Source: Acidobacteriota bacterium
GTDB taxonomy: Bacteria > Acidobacteriota > UBA890 > WLXD01
Reading direction: 5' to 3'
Length of the DNA: 64,000 nt
Assembly (NCBI GenBank): GCA_965205505.1
Contig: CBDBHB010000009.1
Span: forward strand, 32,001 to 96,000
Positions 52,522-64,000 of the stretch are shown here, in pieces. Positions within the stretch are counted from its first letter, which is position 1, and each line of letters opens with the position of its first letter. The notes beneath the pieces were generated by a model. It made no database searches. It was given only the letters and a program-made list of their open reading frames with translations, and was not told where the DNA came from. The translations under genes were made by a program, and so were the position numbers.

Positions 52522-54222
52522 ATGCGCACAAGATCACGTTCGGCGTTCCTTCCCATCGTCCTGAGTCTCCTCGCTGGCGCCAGCGGACTGTCGAGGGCGG
52601 CGGAAGGCGCCACGCAGGATCGGACCTATCGCGATCTGACGACACTCTTCGAGGAGTTCCGCGATCTCAACGAGCCGGTCCTGCCGGACGGCGTGCCCGA
52701 CTACTCGCCGGCAGCGATGGAGCGACAGTATCGCCAGCTACGGGCGTTGCAGCGTCGGTTGGCGGCGTTCGACGTGGCCGACTGGCCGATAGGACAGCAG
52801 GTCGACTACCACCTCGTGCGCGCCGAGATGAACGGCCTCGAGTTCTACCACCGCGTCATGAAGCCTTGGCAGACGAGCCCGGATTTCTACTGGGGATCCC
52901 CAACCTCCACGGGCATGCCGTTCTGGGGTTTCTCGAGTCGGCAGCCCTCGGGCGAGGAGGTGGGGGACGAGGCGGGCTCCATCGCGCGCTACGGGTTCTC
53001 GGTCCGGCCCACGATGCCGCTGTCGACGGACGAGCTCGATACCTATCGGGTCCGACTCCGGGCGCTGCCCCGGATCCTGGCGCAGGGAAAGGCCCACATC
53101 GTGCTCGCGGACGCCCGGCACGACATGGGGATCTTCGGCATCCGCTCGCTCGACGAGGAAGGGGTGTTGCTGCGGGATCTCGTGCAGCTCATGCAACGAC
53201 ACCACCCGGAGGCCGTGGCCGACGCCGAGGCCGCCTGGGCCGCGGTACAGGACTATCGCGCCTGGATCGTGGCGAACCTGCATCGCATGACCGCCCCCAC
53301 CGGAGTCGGCCGCGACGACCTCGACTGGTGGCTCAAGAACGTCTGGCTGGTGCCGTATACCTCCGCCGAGGTGTGGGCGATCCTGAGCAGTCGCTACGAC
53401 CGATCGATGTCGGCGCTGGAGCTCGAGCGGTTCCGCAACCGTGATCTGCGAGAGCTCGAGCCGGCCGCCACCGAGGCCGAGTACCTGGGCGGCTACGAGC
53501 AGGCGGCACGCGACCTGATCGAGTTCTTCCGCTCCGGCGGCTACGACGGCCTGGCCTCCGAGCTCGCGACCCTCGACATGTCGCCACCGCCACGGAAGGC
53601 CTTCGGAAGGGAAAGCGATCCGATGGACCTCGCCGAGCGGGTGCGGTTCCGCTTTCCGCTCGACGAGGTCGTCCACGAGAACCTCGGACACCAGCTCGAC
53701 GTGCTGCGGCCCAAGGAGCACCTTTCGGTGATCCGGGCAGCCCGGCGGCTCCACGAGATGACCCACACGCGCCGCGAGGGATTCGCAGCCGGGCTCGCGG
53801 AGGTGTTGCTGAGCGGCGGCATCGCTGATGAGCGGCCCCGTGTGCGGGAGCTCGTCTACATCACCGCCGCCTATCGCGACGCGCGCGGCATGGGCGACCT
53901 CAAGTTCCAGCTCAACGAGCACGACTACGCCGGCTGGATGCGCTACGACTCCGACATGAGCCCGTTCCAGTGGGCCATCGCCGATAGCTTCACCATGTGG
54001 GATCACAAGCGCGACGCGGTCCGCGCCCCCGGCTACGAGCTCGCCTACACGCTCGGCGCCACCCAGTTCGAGAAGCTGCTGACGGCGCGCGCGCGGCAGC
54101 TGGGCGACGCGTTCGACTTCGGAGCGTTCCTCGAGCAGATGTTCGCCGCCGGGGAGATCCCCTTCGCGCTGATCCGCTGGGAGATGACCGGCCTCACCGA
54201 CGAGATCGATCGCCTCTGGTAG
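52522..54222 (+). CDS. DUF885-family secreted protein
   Basis: Signal peptide, VHENLGHQ, REG.A, PGY.LAY.LG, F....G.IP. Confidence 0.82.
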   Translation: MRTRSRSAFLPIVLSLLAGASGLSRAAEGATQDRTYRDLTTLFEEFRDLNEPVLPDGVPDYSPAAMERQYRQLRALQRRLAAFDVADWPIGQQVDYHLVRAEMNGLEFYHRVMKPWQTSPDFYWGSPTSTGMPFWGFSSRQPSGEEVGDEAGSIARYGFSVRPTMPLSTDELDTYRVRLRALPRILAQGKAHIVLADARHDMGIFGIRSLDEEGVLLRDLVQLMQRHHPEAVADAEAAWAAVQDYRAWIVANLHRMTAPTGVGRDDLDWWLKNVWLVPYTSAEVWAILSSRYDRSMSALELERFRNRDLRELEPAATEAEYLGGYEQAARDLIEFFRSGGYDGLASELATLDMSPPPRKAFGRESDPMDLAERVRFRFPLDEVVHENLGHQLDVLRPKEHLSVIRAARRLHEMTHTRREGFAAGLAEVLLSGGIADERPRVRELVYITAAYRDARGMGDLKFQLNEHDYAGWMRYDSDMSPFQWAIADSFTMWDHKRDAVRAPGYELAYTLGATQFEKLLTARARQLGDAFDFGAFLEQMFAAGEIPFALIRWEMTGLTDEIDRLW

Positions 54223-54409
54223 CGTCGTGTCGCGGGGCACGCCGGCAGATGTCGGCCCTGGCGTCGCCGATCGGCGACCCGCCGCCGCTGCCTAGTGGAG
54301 CGCCAGCGCGAAGCGCAGGGCGCGCTCCGCCGCCCGCATCTTCTCGGCCGTCAGCGTCGCGACGCGCTCCGCGAGGTGCGCCTTGCGGATAGTCACACCC
54401 AGGGAACAC

Positions 54410-54490
54410 GGGGGGCGCGCGGCATCCGGGGCTGGCGTGGCTCTGACTTTCGATGCCCCCCGTTGAACAGGTATGCACCGGCGTGCGCAG
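54410..54490. repeat. Inverted copy of the segment at 59450-59525
   Basis: GGCTCTGACTTTCGATGCCCCCCGTTGAACAGG versus CCTGTTCAACGGGGGCATCGAAAGTCAGAGCC. Confidence 0.85.
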
Positions 54491-54625
54491 ACGTCGGTTC
54501 GGGTGGCTCGCGGCAGGCCCGCTCGATCTCCCCTGGCGACGGTGGCGGCCAAAGAGCGCCGCCAGCCGGCCGCCTACCGTATCGTGCGCGCGCTATGGTC
54601 CCATGAAGGCCACGACGAATCAGAT

Positions 54626-54946
54626 TCAGGCACGAGTCTGATAGATCGGCATGCATCGGTTTCGCGCGATATCTGAAGCTCGATCGAACTCGTCGATCTC
54701 TTCCTGCGTTGCGGGTCGACAGAGTGTTGGGCTGCTGGTGTCATATCGCTCCGTACGTCTATCGGCCTTCTCGTCCGCCTCGATAGTAACGATGATGTAA
54801 CCGGTGGCGAGGCGGCCATCTTCCGTCCAACACTGGTCCCCAAAGAACGAGTAGTCATCGTATCGTGGTTCGGGGTCGCCTCCTCCTCTGACGGAATAGA
54901 CGAATCTGGAGGTTGGCTCGTGAATTACCCATTTCCAGATAGTCAT
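54626..54946 (-). CDS. Hypothetical protein
   Basis: ATG with an AGGA RBS and protein-like composition. No family recognised. Confidence 0.4.
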   Translation of the reverse strand: MTIWKWVIHEPTSRFVYSVRGGGDPEPRYDDYSFFGDQCWTEDGRLATGYIIVTIEADEKADRRTERYDTSSPTLCRPATQEEIDEFDRASDIARNRCMPIYQTRA

Positions 54947-55258
54947 TAGGGATGTCCTACCGTCCGTTGAATTGGAAGGTGACGGTGATCGGTGGAGGGG
55001 TGATTGTTACGCGGAACGCTCACACCGCGGATCACCTCGAGCAGCAATCGGCCTTGCTGTTCGCAGACGCGCTCCGGGTGCTCGCCCACGACCATCTACC
55101 TTCTTTGTCGTGGCCATCGATGTCGTCAGCAACGGCTTCAACCACGCGGCAGGCGGCCCTGATGGCGCGTGCGTGACAGGCCGTTCGTTTTCCATCGGTA
55201 AGGTCCCAGGATCCGGGCTCAGGACGTGTGCTTGCTGGGGTTGTTGTCACGATCGGGA

Positions 55259-56143
55259 TCATCCAGGGACGCTTCGCGGCATGCGCTTGCCGGCGGCCAG
55301 AGCCTGAAGCCGCGCCAGGTTGCGACGGTCCAGTACGTTGTCGGGCCCTTTCGGCGTCTCCAGAATACCCGGCAGCCGGCGGATCCGCCCGGCCGCCAGG
55401 AGCGCCCGGAATCCACGGCTGCCGATGGTGCCCTCGCCAATGCCGGCGTGGCGGTCGAGCCGCGAGCCGGCACCGCCCCGGGAGTCGTTCAGATGAATAC
55501 CGTGGATGCGGTCGAAGCCGATCGCATGGTCGAGCGCGTCCAGGGTCCGGCGCACCCGGAGGGGCGTGTCGAGGCGGTGGCCGGCCGCGTGCAGGTGGCA
55601 GCTGTCCAGGCAGACCCCGATGCGGTCCGCGCCAAAGCACCGTACAACCTCGCCCAGCTCTTCGAGGCACCCTCCGAGCGCCGTGCCCTGGCCGGCGGTC
55701 ACCTCCAGCAGCAGTCGTGTGCCTACGATTCCCCGCGTTAGCGCAGCGACGGAGGCCTCGAGGCGCTCGAGCGCCCGGGCACGGGGCTGATCACCGCAGG
55801 AGCCGGGGTGCACCACCAGCCCCGCGATCCCGAGGCGCTGGCAGCGCCGCAACTCGGCGCGACAGGCGCGCCATGAGCGCACCCGTAGCTCCGCATCGCC
55901 CGAGGCCAGGTTCACCAGATAGCTGGCGTGTGCCAGCACCGGGTGGATCCCATGACGGGCGCAACCGTCCCGGAAGCGTGCGGCCTCGCCGCGCCGCAGG
56001 CGCCGCATCGCCCACTGGCGGTTGCTCTTGACGAAGATCTGCATCGTCTCGCAGCCGAGATTCGCGGCGCGCTCAGGGGCCCGGTCCAGGCCTCCCGCTG
56101 CGGAAACGTGGACACCGAATCGCACGCCGCTTCGGTCGCTCAC
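55259..56143 (-). CDS. nfo: Endonuclease IV
   Basis: HASYLVNL, VHPG, LEVTAGQG, CLDSCH, HLNDS, DRH..IGEG, ILETP. Confidence 0.93.
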   Translation of the reverse strand: MSDRSGVRFGVHVSAAGGLDRAPERAANLGCETMQIFVKSNRQWAMRRLRRGEAARFRDGCARHGIHPVLAHASYLVNLASGDAELRVRSWRACRAELRRCQRLGIAGLVVHPGSCGDQPRARALERLEASVAALTRGIVGTRLLLEVTAGQGTALGGCLEELGEVVRCFGADRIGVCLDSCHLHAAGHRLDTPLRVRRTLDALDHAIGFDRIHGIHLNDSRGGAGSRLDRHAGIGEGTIGSRGFRALLAAGRIRRLPGILETPKGPDNVLDRRNLARLQALAAGKRMPRSVPG

Positions 56144-56186
56144 GCTTCAACCGCCCGAGCTGCTCCCGCAAGCTCGGTGAGCCAGC

Positions 56187-56372
56187 GATCGTATTTCCCT
56201 GTTCCCGCGCACGGATTTCCCTGTTCGGTCGCAGAAATTTCCTGTTCGATGCCAGAAAATTCCCTGTTCCGTTGCGTAGGGAATTAGGCCCATAAGCTCC
56301 ATGATATCAGTGGGTTAGGAGGCCTCGATCCGGCCGATTTGGGGCTAAATCGATGAAATTCCCTGTTTTCCC
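56187..56372. repeat. Second TTCCCTGTT repeat module, cut by IS3-A
   Basis: Diverged copy of 20405-20592. Confidence 0.85.
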
Positions 56373-57643
56373 TGACCTGCCCCAAGTGTTGAGGCCACTT
56401 CGTAACTCATAGAATCGGTGCTGGCAAGAGGTTGTTGCAGCCGGCGGAGCGGAGCGTAGCCGGCTTTAACAACGTCGCTTTCGGTGCAGGCGGCCGATAG
56501 CCCAACGAGCTGTGTGGCCGCACCTGGTTGTATTTGCGGCGCCAGGCTTGCACCAAGCTCTGCGCCTCCTTGAGCGTGTAGAAGATCTCCCCGTTCAGCA
56601 GCTCGTCGCGTAGCTTGCCGTTGAAGCTCTCCACATAGCCGTTTTCCCACGGCGAGCCGGGCTCGATGAACAACGTCTTCACACCGACCCGCTCGAGCCA
56701 GCCACGCACTACCCGAGAAGTGAACTCCGGTCCGTTGTCGGAGCGGATGTGGTCGGAAACACCACGGTTCACGAACAGCTCAGCGAGTCGATCCAACACG
56801 TTCTCGGAGTTGAGCCTGCGCGCCACATCGATGGCCAAGCACTCCCTGGTGTACTCATCCACGATCGTCAGCAGACGAACCGCTCGCCCGTCGTGAGTTC
56901 GTTCGTGCACGAAGTCATAGGCCCACACGTGATCTTTCCTTTCCGGCCTCAGCCGCACGCACGATCCATCGTTGAGCCACAAGCGTCCGCGCTTGGGCTG
57001 CTTTTTCGGTACCTTCAGTCCTTCACGACGCCATAACCGTTCGATCCTCTTGTGGTTCACCCGCCACCCTTCGCGTTCCATCAGAGCCGTGATCCGACGG
57101 TACCCGTAGCGTCCGTACTGCGTCGCCAGTTCGGTCATTCGCTTCACCAGCGGTGTCTCGTCTCCAGGCGCCTTGGGCCGATATTGCTGCGTCGAGCGCA
57201 CCTGGCCCAGCACTCGGCAGGCTCGCCTCTCCGACACCCCCTGCGACTGCTGTGCGTGTCGCACTGCCCGGCTCCGGCGCGCCGGGCTCAGAAGTTTCCC
57301 GACGACACCTCTTTGAGGATGGCGTTGTCGAGCATCGTCTCCGCCAGCAGCTTCTTGAGCCGCCCGTTCTCGCGCTCCAGCTCCTTGAGTCGCCGTGCCT
57401 GATCCACCCTCAGGCCGCCGTACTCCTTACGCCCCCGGTACTACGTGTTCTCGCTGATGCCCAGCTTCCGGCACGCCTGTGGCGTCTTGGCTCCTTGCGC
57501 CAGCTCGATCTCTGCCTCCCTGAGCTTGGCGATGATCTGCTCTACCGTGTATCGCTTCCGGGCCATTTCTCCCCCTTCCCGAGCCTTCCTGAGAGCCTCA
57601 ATTCCTAACTCTCAAACTAGCCCGATTATTGGGGGGCAGGTCA
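56373..57643 (-). mobile_element. IS3-A copy 2 (orfB 56407..57264; orfA 57288..57566 with TAG at codon 42)
   Basis: 1271 bp with both IRs, near-identical to 9799..11069. Confidence 0.95.
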
Positions 57644-57710
57644 GGACCTCATGGCCACGCGCGTGAGCCAGTGGCTGCAGAAGCTCAAGGTGAGCGAGGG
57701 GCCGCGCGCC
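57644..57710 (+). pseudogene. Terminase large subunit N-terminal stub
   Basis: MATRVSQWLQKLKVSEGP, paralogous to 59932-59998. Confidence 0.5.
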
Positions 57711-59601
57711 GGCGGCAGCGGCGATAGGAGCCGGCGGCGCGAAACGGCACCGCCCCTGGGAACGCACCGCCTGGGTGCAGGCCCGGCTATCGGCAGGTCG
57801 CCCGCGGCCAGTCGTCGGTGTCGAGCACCCAGCGGGGTCAGGTCAGAGTTCGAGCCCAGAGAGGCCGAAGAGGAAGCCCAGTCTGGGGACGGTGACTCTG
57901 AGGAAGGCGACTCTGAGGAAGGCCACTCCGGAGAGTCCGAGTCCGAGGAAGCCGAAGTCTGAGGAGGTGCCGGCGCAGGGTGCTGGGAGGCATGGTCCAG
58001 AGGTAGCCAACTTTGGAGACCTTGACGAGGTCCCCACCGGGTCCCCCATGCCTGCGACGCGCCCTTCCTACGGCTAGGGTTCGTATGCAGCGAGCACGGC
58101 GGCTGCGAGCGGCTGTGCGGAGCCACCGCGCGAGCCGGCACAGCAGTCAAGCCGCGTTCTCTTGCCGTCAGACGGTGCAAACCGCGGTAGGTGTTTCTCG
58201 GTGCCGGGCGAGCCGTGCCCGGCCAGGTCATCCATCGACGGCACCGATGCGGCCAGTGCTCCAAGACTGGCGACGACGGCAGCCGCTTGGCGCACGGTGA
58301 GGCAATGAGCATACGCAAGGGCGATTCTGACACGTACCGCTACACGCACTATCGCCCTGTACGCATCACGCGGCACTGGTCCCTGGAGGATGCGATCTGC
58401 GACGTGTGCGAGCTGCGGATTGCGGTCGGCACGCGAGGCTACGTCACGAGTCGCGACGAACTCACCGTGGTGCTGTGCCAGACATGCGGCCGCCAGGCCG
58501 GCGCGGCGCCCTTCTTGGCCCTTGTGAGGCACGGCATTTACCTCTGAGATCTTTGAAGCTACGACGCTTCCCTCGCACGGCCTGGGGAGATCGCTCGGCA
58601 GCTGTCGGTTACCGCGATCCACCGAGTCCCAGGCCGGGCGTCGCCACGGAGCCCCTATACCGAGACGTGCCGACTGAGACGCTTCCGATGGGCTCGGATG
58701 CGCACTGACAACGCCAGCGTCTGATGGGCACCGATTTCCGGCCCGGCAGTCTCCATTCCAGCGATCTTTCGCGGTGCCATTCGACTTTGCTGCCGGCGTC
58801 CCGAGGGGCATCATCGGGTGCCGGCTTGGTGGATTGCGCTGGCCGCTTCAGCTTGAAGCCACTCTATTGGCCAGCCCAGCGGAAGCGCTGGCAGCGTAGG
58901 TGGGACACTGCGTGAACGAAGGAGTGTGTGGTGCGGGAGAGTGACGAGCCAGGCGACGCCGCGGCACCAAGGAACACCGGGCTCCCGACCATCGCTGACC
59001 GGGCAGCCTTCCAGACATCTGCAGATCAGCACAACGGTTCGCGGGCTGTCGCCATCCGGGGATGGCGCAAATCGAGTCGGTGGCGGCGATCATCGGCAGC
59101 CCACGTGTGCACGGAACACACAGGCGACGACGTGGCTACCTGAGGTGGCCGGTGAGCTTGCCGCCGAGCACTGGTCTCGAGCGCTTGAGGTCCTGCACCA
59201 ACTGTCCCGTTTCCGAGTTCTGCGACCGCGAGCTGATCGTGCCGACCGGCCGCCTGGCCGGCAGCCAGCTCGGCATCGAGCACATCGTCAATGATGGGCT
59301 CGTCGCAACTGGTGCGCGAGCTAGCGTCCCACAGACGGTCCCGCCCCGATCGCCAGCGACGTCGAGGGATACCCGGCTGGCCGCTCGTCGAGCTCACTGG
59401 CGCGCCTTATCGAAGTCGCCGGAGGCCGCCGCAGGCTCCAGCGGCCTTCTATGCACGCCTGAGCACTCCTGTTCAACGGGGGCATCGAAAGTCAGAGCCG
59501 TTCCATTCCCGGATACCGCGCCCAGCCATTGCGTTTGTAAGCAAAACGATTCGGCAGGCATAGAATGTCTACTCGAATGAGAAACTGCCGAGAAGTCGCC
59601 G

Positions 59602-60006
59602 ATGGACCCCGAAGTCATCCGGCGGATGCGCTCGAGTGCCCGCTACCAGTGGCGGCGCGCCGACATCGTCCGGAACGAGCCGTTGTGCCGTCCCTGCGCT
59701 GAGGCACGCTTCACGGTCGGTGCCGAGCACATCGACCACATCGAGCCGGTGCACCTGGCGCCGGAGCGCTTCTGGGACCGCACCAACCTCCAGCCGTTGT
59801 GCCGGGACTGTCACGAGCGCAAGCACGCTGACGAGCGCCTCACGCCGGCGCAGATCCACGAGCGTGAGGCCTGGCGGCGCGCCGGATCGCTGAGTACGAA
59901 AAGAAGTGAGCCCACGATCGCCTCAGGACCTCATGGCCACCCGCGTGATCCGGTGGCTGCAGAAGCTCAAGGTGAGCGAGGCGCCGCTGGCCGGTCAGTC
60001 TGCTGA
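59602..60006 (+). CDS. Phage packaging-type HNH endonuclease
   Basis: EPLCRPC...DHIEP...FWD..NLQPLCRDCH..K. The last ~30 aa may be read-through. Confidence 0.85.
   Translation: MDPEVIRRMRSSARYQWRRADIVRNEPLCRPCAEARFTVGAEHIDHIEPVHLAPERFWDRTNLQPLCRDCHERKHADERLTPAQIHEREAWRRAGSLSTKRSEPTIASGPHGHPRDPVAAEAQGERGAAGRSVC
59906..60000 (+). pseudogene. Terminase large subunit N-terminal stub
   Basis: RVIRWLQKLKVSE.PLAGQ directly after the HNH gene. Confidence 0.55.
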
Positions 60007-60310
60007 TCGGGGGTATCGGCATCGCCAGCGTCATGATCATCGCCGTCACCGAGAGCACCCGCGAGATCGGCGTCCGCCTGGGCCGTCGGCGCGCGGTGCA
60101 CGGAGGTGCAACGGAAGTTCCTCATCGAGTCGGCGCTGCTGTCGCTGGCCGGCGGAGTCGCCGGGCTCGCGTCGCGGCCGCCCCTCACGGTCGTGCTAAC
60201 GCTGGTGCTGCCTGGGTTCCTGCCGGTGTTGCCGACGTGGGCTGTGGCGTTCGGGCTCGTTTCCTCGGCCCTGACCGGCATTCTCGCCGGCTATCTGCCG
60301 GCGAGGCGGT
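60001..60310 (+). pseudogene. MacB/FtsX ABC permease C-terminal fragment
   Basis: VTE.TREIGVR, FLIESALLSLAGG and GYLPARR, with frameshifts. Confidence 0.75.
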
Positions 60311-60319
60311 GTCGAAGAG

Positions 60320-60520
60320 GTCTTGGAGTTCGTGAGCGGCCACCAGGCTCAGTACCCGTGGCGCGTGCTGGAAGTCTCCACCAGCGGGTACTACGCGTGG
60401 CGCAAGCGACCGCTCTGGGCTAGAGCGCGACGCGACGCACAGCTGCGAGCAAGGATCGCCGAGATCCACGTCGACAGCCGTGGCACGTACGGAGTGCCCC
60501 GGATCCACTCAGAGCTGACG
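60320..60520 (+). mobile_element. IS3-family orfB N-terminal fragment (different element)
   Basis: VLEVSTSGYYAW...GTYGVPRIH.EL. Confidence 0.75.
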
Positions 60521-60596
60521 CACAGAGATCGAGGTATGGTCGCGGAGTTCATCGGCCATCGACCGAATTCTGGCGCACGCTGGGCAGAAGGCTTAG

Positions 60597-63231
60597 ATGC
60601 TCGCTCGGCTGGGCGGTCTGCTGCGCGGCGTCCGTGCTCGGATCGTGGCGTTGCGCGATCCGCGCCGCCTTGACCGCCAGCTGCAGGAGGAGCTGCGGTT
60701 CCACCTCGAACAGCAAACTGCTAAGAACGTGCGTGCGGGAATGTCGCGGACGGAGGCGGAGCGGGCGGCGCAGCGTGCTCTCGGCAATCCCGGACGCATC
60801 CAGGAGGAGCATCGCGACGCGCGCGGCGTGCGCTGGATTGAAGAGCTGCGACAGGATCTCGGGTACGGGGTGCGTCGATCGCTGGCACGGCCCTGGGTCA
60901 GCGCCGGGACGATCCTGACCCTGGCGGTGGGGATCGGCTCGATGACCACGATCTACGGCGGCGTGGCAGCGTTGGTGCTCGAGCCGCTGCCCTTCCCGGA
61001 GCTCGACAGGGTCGTCGTCCTGGGCGAGGCGCGACGCGGCGCCTCACTGCCCGGCGAGGGCTGGGGCCACCCCGGTGACTACGCTGCCTGGGGTCGGGAG
61101 CCGGTGTTCGCCGAGCTCGGCGGCGTTCGACCGTGGTTCGTCACCATGACCGGAACCGAGCAGCCCGCCGAGGTCTTCGGTTACCAGGTGTTCGGCGACT
61201 ACTTCAAGGTCTTGGGAGTGGACGCCGCGCTGGGTCGTACGCTCGCACCCGATGCTGGCCATCGAGGTGAGCCCGAGACAGTGCTGTCGCACCGCTTCTG
61301 GCGCGCTCACCTCGCCGCCGACCCCGACGTCATCGGACGTGTTGTTCGCTTTGAAGATCGCGAGCACGTCATCGTTGGGGTGATGCCGGAGGGCGCTGGG
61401 TACCCGATGGGAACCGACGTCTGGGCAGCGCCGACAGAGGACCTGGACATGTCGGCCCCCTTCGACGGCCGCCGCCTGGCCGTCGTGGGCCGATTGGCCC
61501 CGGGCGTGACGCTTCAGCAGACGAGAGCGGCGTTGCGGCTGGTCGCGGAGCGCACCGCCGAGATCGACCCAGAGGGACATGCGGAGCTGATGGTAGTGGT
61601 GGATTCCGGTGCGCAACATCGTTACCTACGGAACCGGGCCGCTGATGACGTTCCTGATGGCCGCCGCCGGCTTCCTGCTCTTGCTCGTGTGCGCCAACGT
61701 GGCCAACCTGCAGCTGATGCAGGGCACCGCCCGGCGACGTGAGATGGCGCTTCGAGTCGCTCTCGGTGCGCCTCGAGGCCGCCTCGTGCGCCAGCTTCTG
61801 GCGGAGAGCGTCGCGATCGCTCTGGTCAGCGGGCTGCTGTCGGCCGCGGCCGCGGTCTGGGGAACCGGCTTGCTCCGTGCCGCGCTGTCGGGCGATTGGT
61901 GGCGGTTCTTCTTCGTCGGCGTCGACAAGATCGGTGTCAGCACCGACGTGCTGGCGTTCAGCCTCACGATCAGCTTGGCTTCGGTGTTCTTGTTCAGCCT
62001 GCTACCCGCCGTTCGCGCCTCGCGCGTCGATCCGAACGCCGATCTGAAGCAGGGACGGCAGGCTACATCTGGGCGCGGGCCTCGCGGCACGCTGGTGGTG
62101 GTCGAGATGGTGCTCTCGATCGTCCTCGTCACTGGCGCGATGTTGAGCGCACAGGCCGCAATGTCGGTAGGCGTTGTCGATTTGGGCCTGAGTCAGGACG
62201 TGGCGACTTTCACGATACGGACGCGCAATGCCGCGTACGACGACCCCGTGTCGCTGCGTCGTCTGGTCCAGGACGTGCTGTCTCTTGTGCGCGCCACACC
62301 GGGCGTCGCCGCGGCGGCAACCAGCAGCCGCATGCCGGGCATATCCCCGGGCCGCGGCGTCTCTGTAGAGCCCGACGACACTGACGGTGAGCTTGCCGAG
62401 GCGACCGTGCAGGTCGTGAGCGACGCGTACTTCGGCACACTCGGCATTCCGCTCGTCAGCGGGCGCGAGTTCACCGGCGGAGACCGGGCCGACGCGGCGC
62501 CGGTGGCGGTGGTGGGCGAAACTGTCGCCGAACGCCTGTGGCCGGGCGGGAGCGCCGTGGGCCGCCGCATCCGCCTCGGGAACGACGAGGGGTGGCTGAC
62601 GGTGGTCGGCGTCGCCGACGATGTCGCCCGGGCTTGGAACGATCGCAGTCCGATGCTGGCCGTGTACGTCCCGGCAGCACAGCGTCCCGCCACCCACATG
62701 GCGTTTCTGATGCAGGCGGAGCCGGGTGCCGCCGAGCTGGCCCGGAGGCGAGTGTGGGAGCGCTACCCTGACGTTCCGCTTCCAGCTTCGGAGAGTATCG
62801 AGGCGGCGCTAGCGGAACAGGCGGCGCCCGCTCGCATGGCGAGTGCCCTCATGGCCGCGTTCGCCGTCGTGGCAATGGTGATTTGCCTCGGCGGCATCCA
62901 CGGGTTCGTCAGCTACGTGGCGACCCTGCGGGTGCGTGAGGTAGGCGTGCACATCGCCGTCGGTGCCGACCGTGCCGCGGTGGTGCGGTTGTTCGTGGGC
63001 CGCGGAGTCCGGCTCGCGGGCGTCGGGTTGCTCATCGGCCTGCCGGCCGGATACCTGTTCGCGTCGGTGCTGGAACGATCCATGCGCCGTTTCTCGCCCT
63101 CGATCGCGGTGGACGGCGCGTCGTTCGTGCTCTTGGGCGCCGCATTGCTGGCCCTCACGGCGCTCGCGAGCTACCTCCCGGCCCGCCGTGCCGCGGCGAT
63201 CGATCCGTCGACCGTGCTCCGCGCCGAGTAG
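60597..63231 (+). pseudogene. ADOP-family duplicated ABC permease with frameshift near 61609
   Basis: Permease prefix L.EEL.FHLE, QDL.YG.R, LLVCANVANL, RRREMA.R.ALGA, YLPARRAA.IDP...LR.E. Split into two frames. Confidence 0.85.
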
Positions 63232-63324
63232 TCCGTCGGCCCAGGCCACGCTCGCCGCCGGACCGGCGAACCAATCCGCGGAAGTAGGCCAGGACCGCGG
63301 TGGGCACACTCGTAGGCTCCGATA

Positions 63325-63361
63325 CCGTCCCTAGGCGGCGGTAGCCGTCGCCTAGGGACGG
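63325..63361. terminator. 17-bp stem hairpin downstream of the permease
   Basis: CCGTCCCTAGGCGGCGG-TAG-CCGTCGCCTAGGGACGG. No U-tract, so function is uncertain. Confidence 0.4.
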
Positions 63362-64000
63362 CGCGTGTCACGGACAGCGCACGCGCCGACCTACTTTGCG
63401 CTTACGTTCCGGGGCCCAGTGTGGGCCGTGGCAGGGGCGATCCGACAACAGACGACGCTCGCTTAGGTTGTCCTTCTCCCTGCTCCCGCGTCGCTGCCTT
63501 TCTCGATTAACCGCGTGGCCGCGTGAAGGGTGGCAAGGTAGAAGTAGAAGATCCAGCTCAGCCAAATTGGCTTGTCGTATTCGACCTTCTGACGGTCATT
63601 GTGATGCCGGATGGCGAAGTTGTTCGCGATATTGAAGAGATCGTTCTCATCTTTCGACGCGAGTACCCTTTTGAGTTCCGGACGCAGGAATTCCAGGACA
63701 GCGGCCAGCTCGCGGATCGCGTCTCGGCGCTCATCGAGCGATGCTCGTCGCCGACGAAACTTCCGGACTGCTTGCTCAACGCGGTCAGAGACGTTGGCAG
63801 GGTCGGTTGACGGGATCGACGCCTGAAGCAGCGGATCGAGGGAGCCACCAGCGAGAGTAAGGATCTCCCCCTGGGGCGATAGTTCGAAGCCGTCTCCGTA
63901 GTCGCGAAGGAACTCATTGACGTCGGCGCGAAAATCGCTCTGAGCTGACCCTTGGACGAACTCCGTATAGTGATATCCGCATTGACTCCAGTCGTGGTAG

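Noticed and set aside
50431-54300. CTAG recurring near fragment junctions as a recombination signature
   Set aside because: Many instances coincide with TAG stop codons, and enrichment cannot be established without counting.
57651-57962. 103-aa ORF with acidic tail as a real gene
   Set aside because: It appears to be a chimera of a TerL stub and an unrelated low-complexity tail.

Overview
High-GC bacterial accessory region. An ADOP-type permease and the gene content suggest Acidobacteriota or a relative (inference). The window is a heavily decayed defence and mobile-element island. Mobile content: two IS3-family elements in several copies (called IS3-A, 1271 bp, and IS3-B, 1221 bp), an IS110-family IS1111-type element with a long 3' non-coding end, and remnants of phage-satellite-like elements (prim-pol, TerS-like, HNH, TerL stubs). 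Defence content: a type I R-M locus whose HsdR carries a C-terminal Schlafen/AlbA_2 domain and whose hsdM is IS-truncated, a ThsA-like SIR2 fragment, HNH, DUF499, DUF4365 and PD-(D/E)xK genes or fragments, a RelE/ParE TA pair, and an orphan 3-repeat CRISPR mini-array. A degenerate tRNA-Leu is also present. Cargo: a frameshifted Calx-beta/cadherin autotransporter, P450 with a LuxR regulator, SGNH, DUF4331, DUF885, FGE, RlpA and nfo. Two observations stand out. (1) All three full IS3-B copies sit 50-51 bp inside the terminus of three different IS3-like ends, 25 bp past the inner IR motif, in the same orientation. This suggests ruler-like IS-into-IS targeting. (2) The HsdR-Schlafen fusion is a candidate PrrC-like backup nuclease built into an R subunit. 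All family calls come from motif recognition by eye. No database searches were run.
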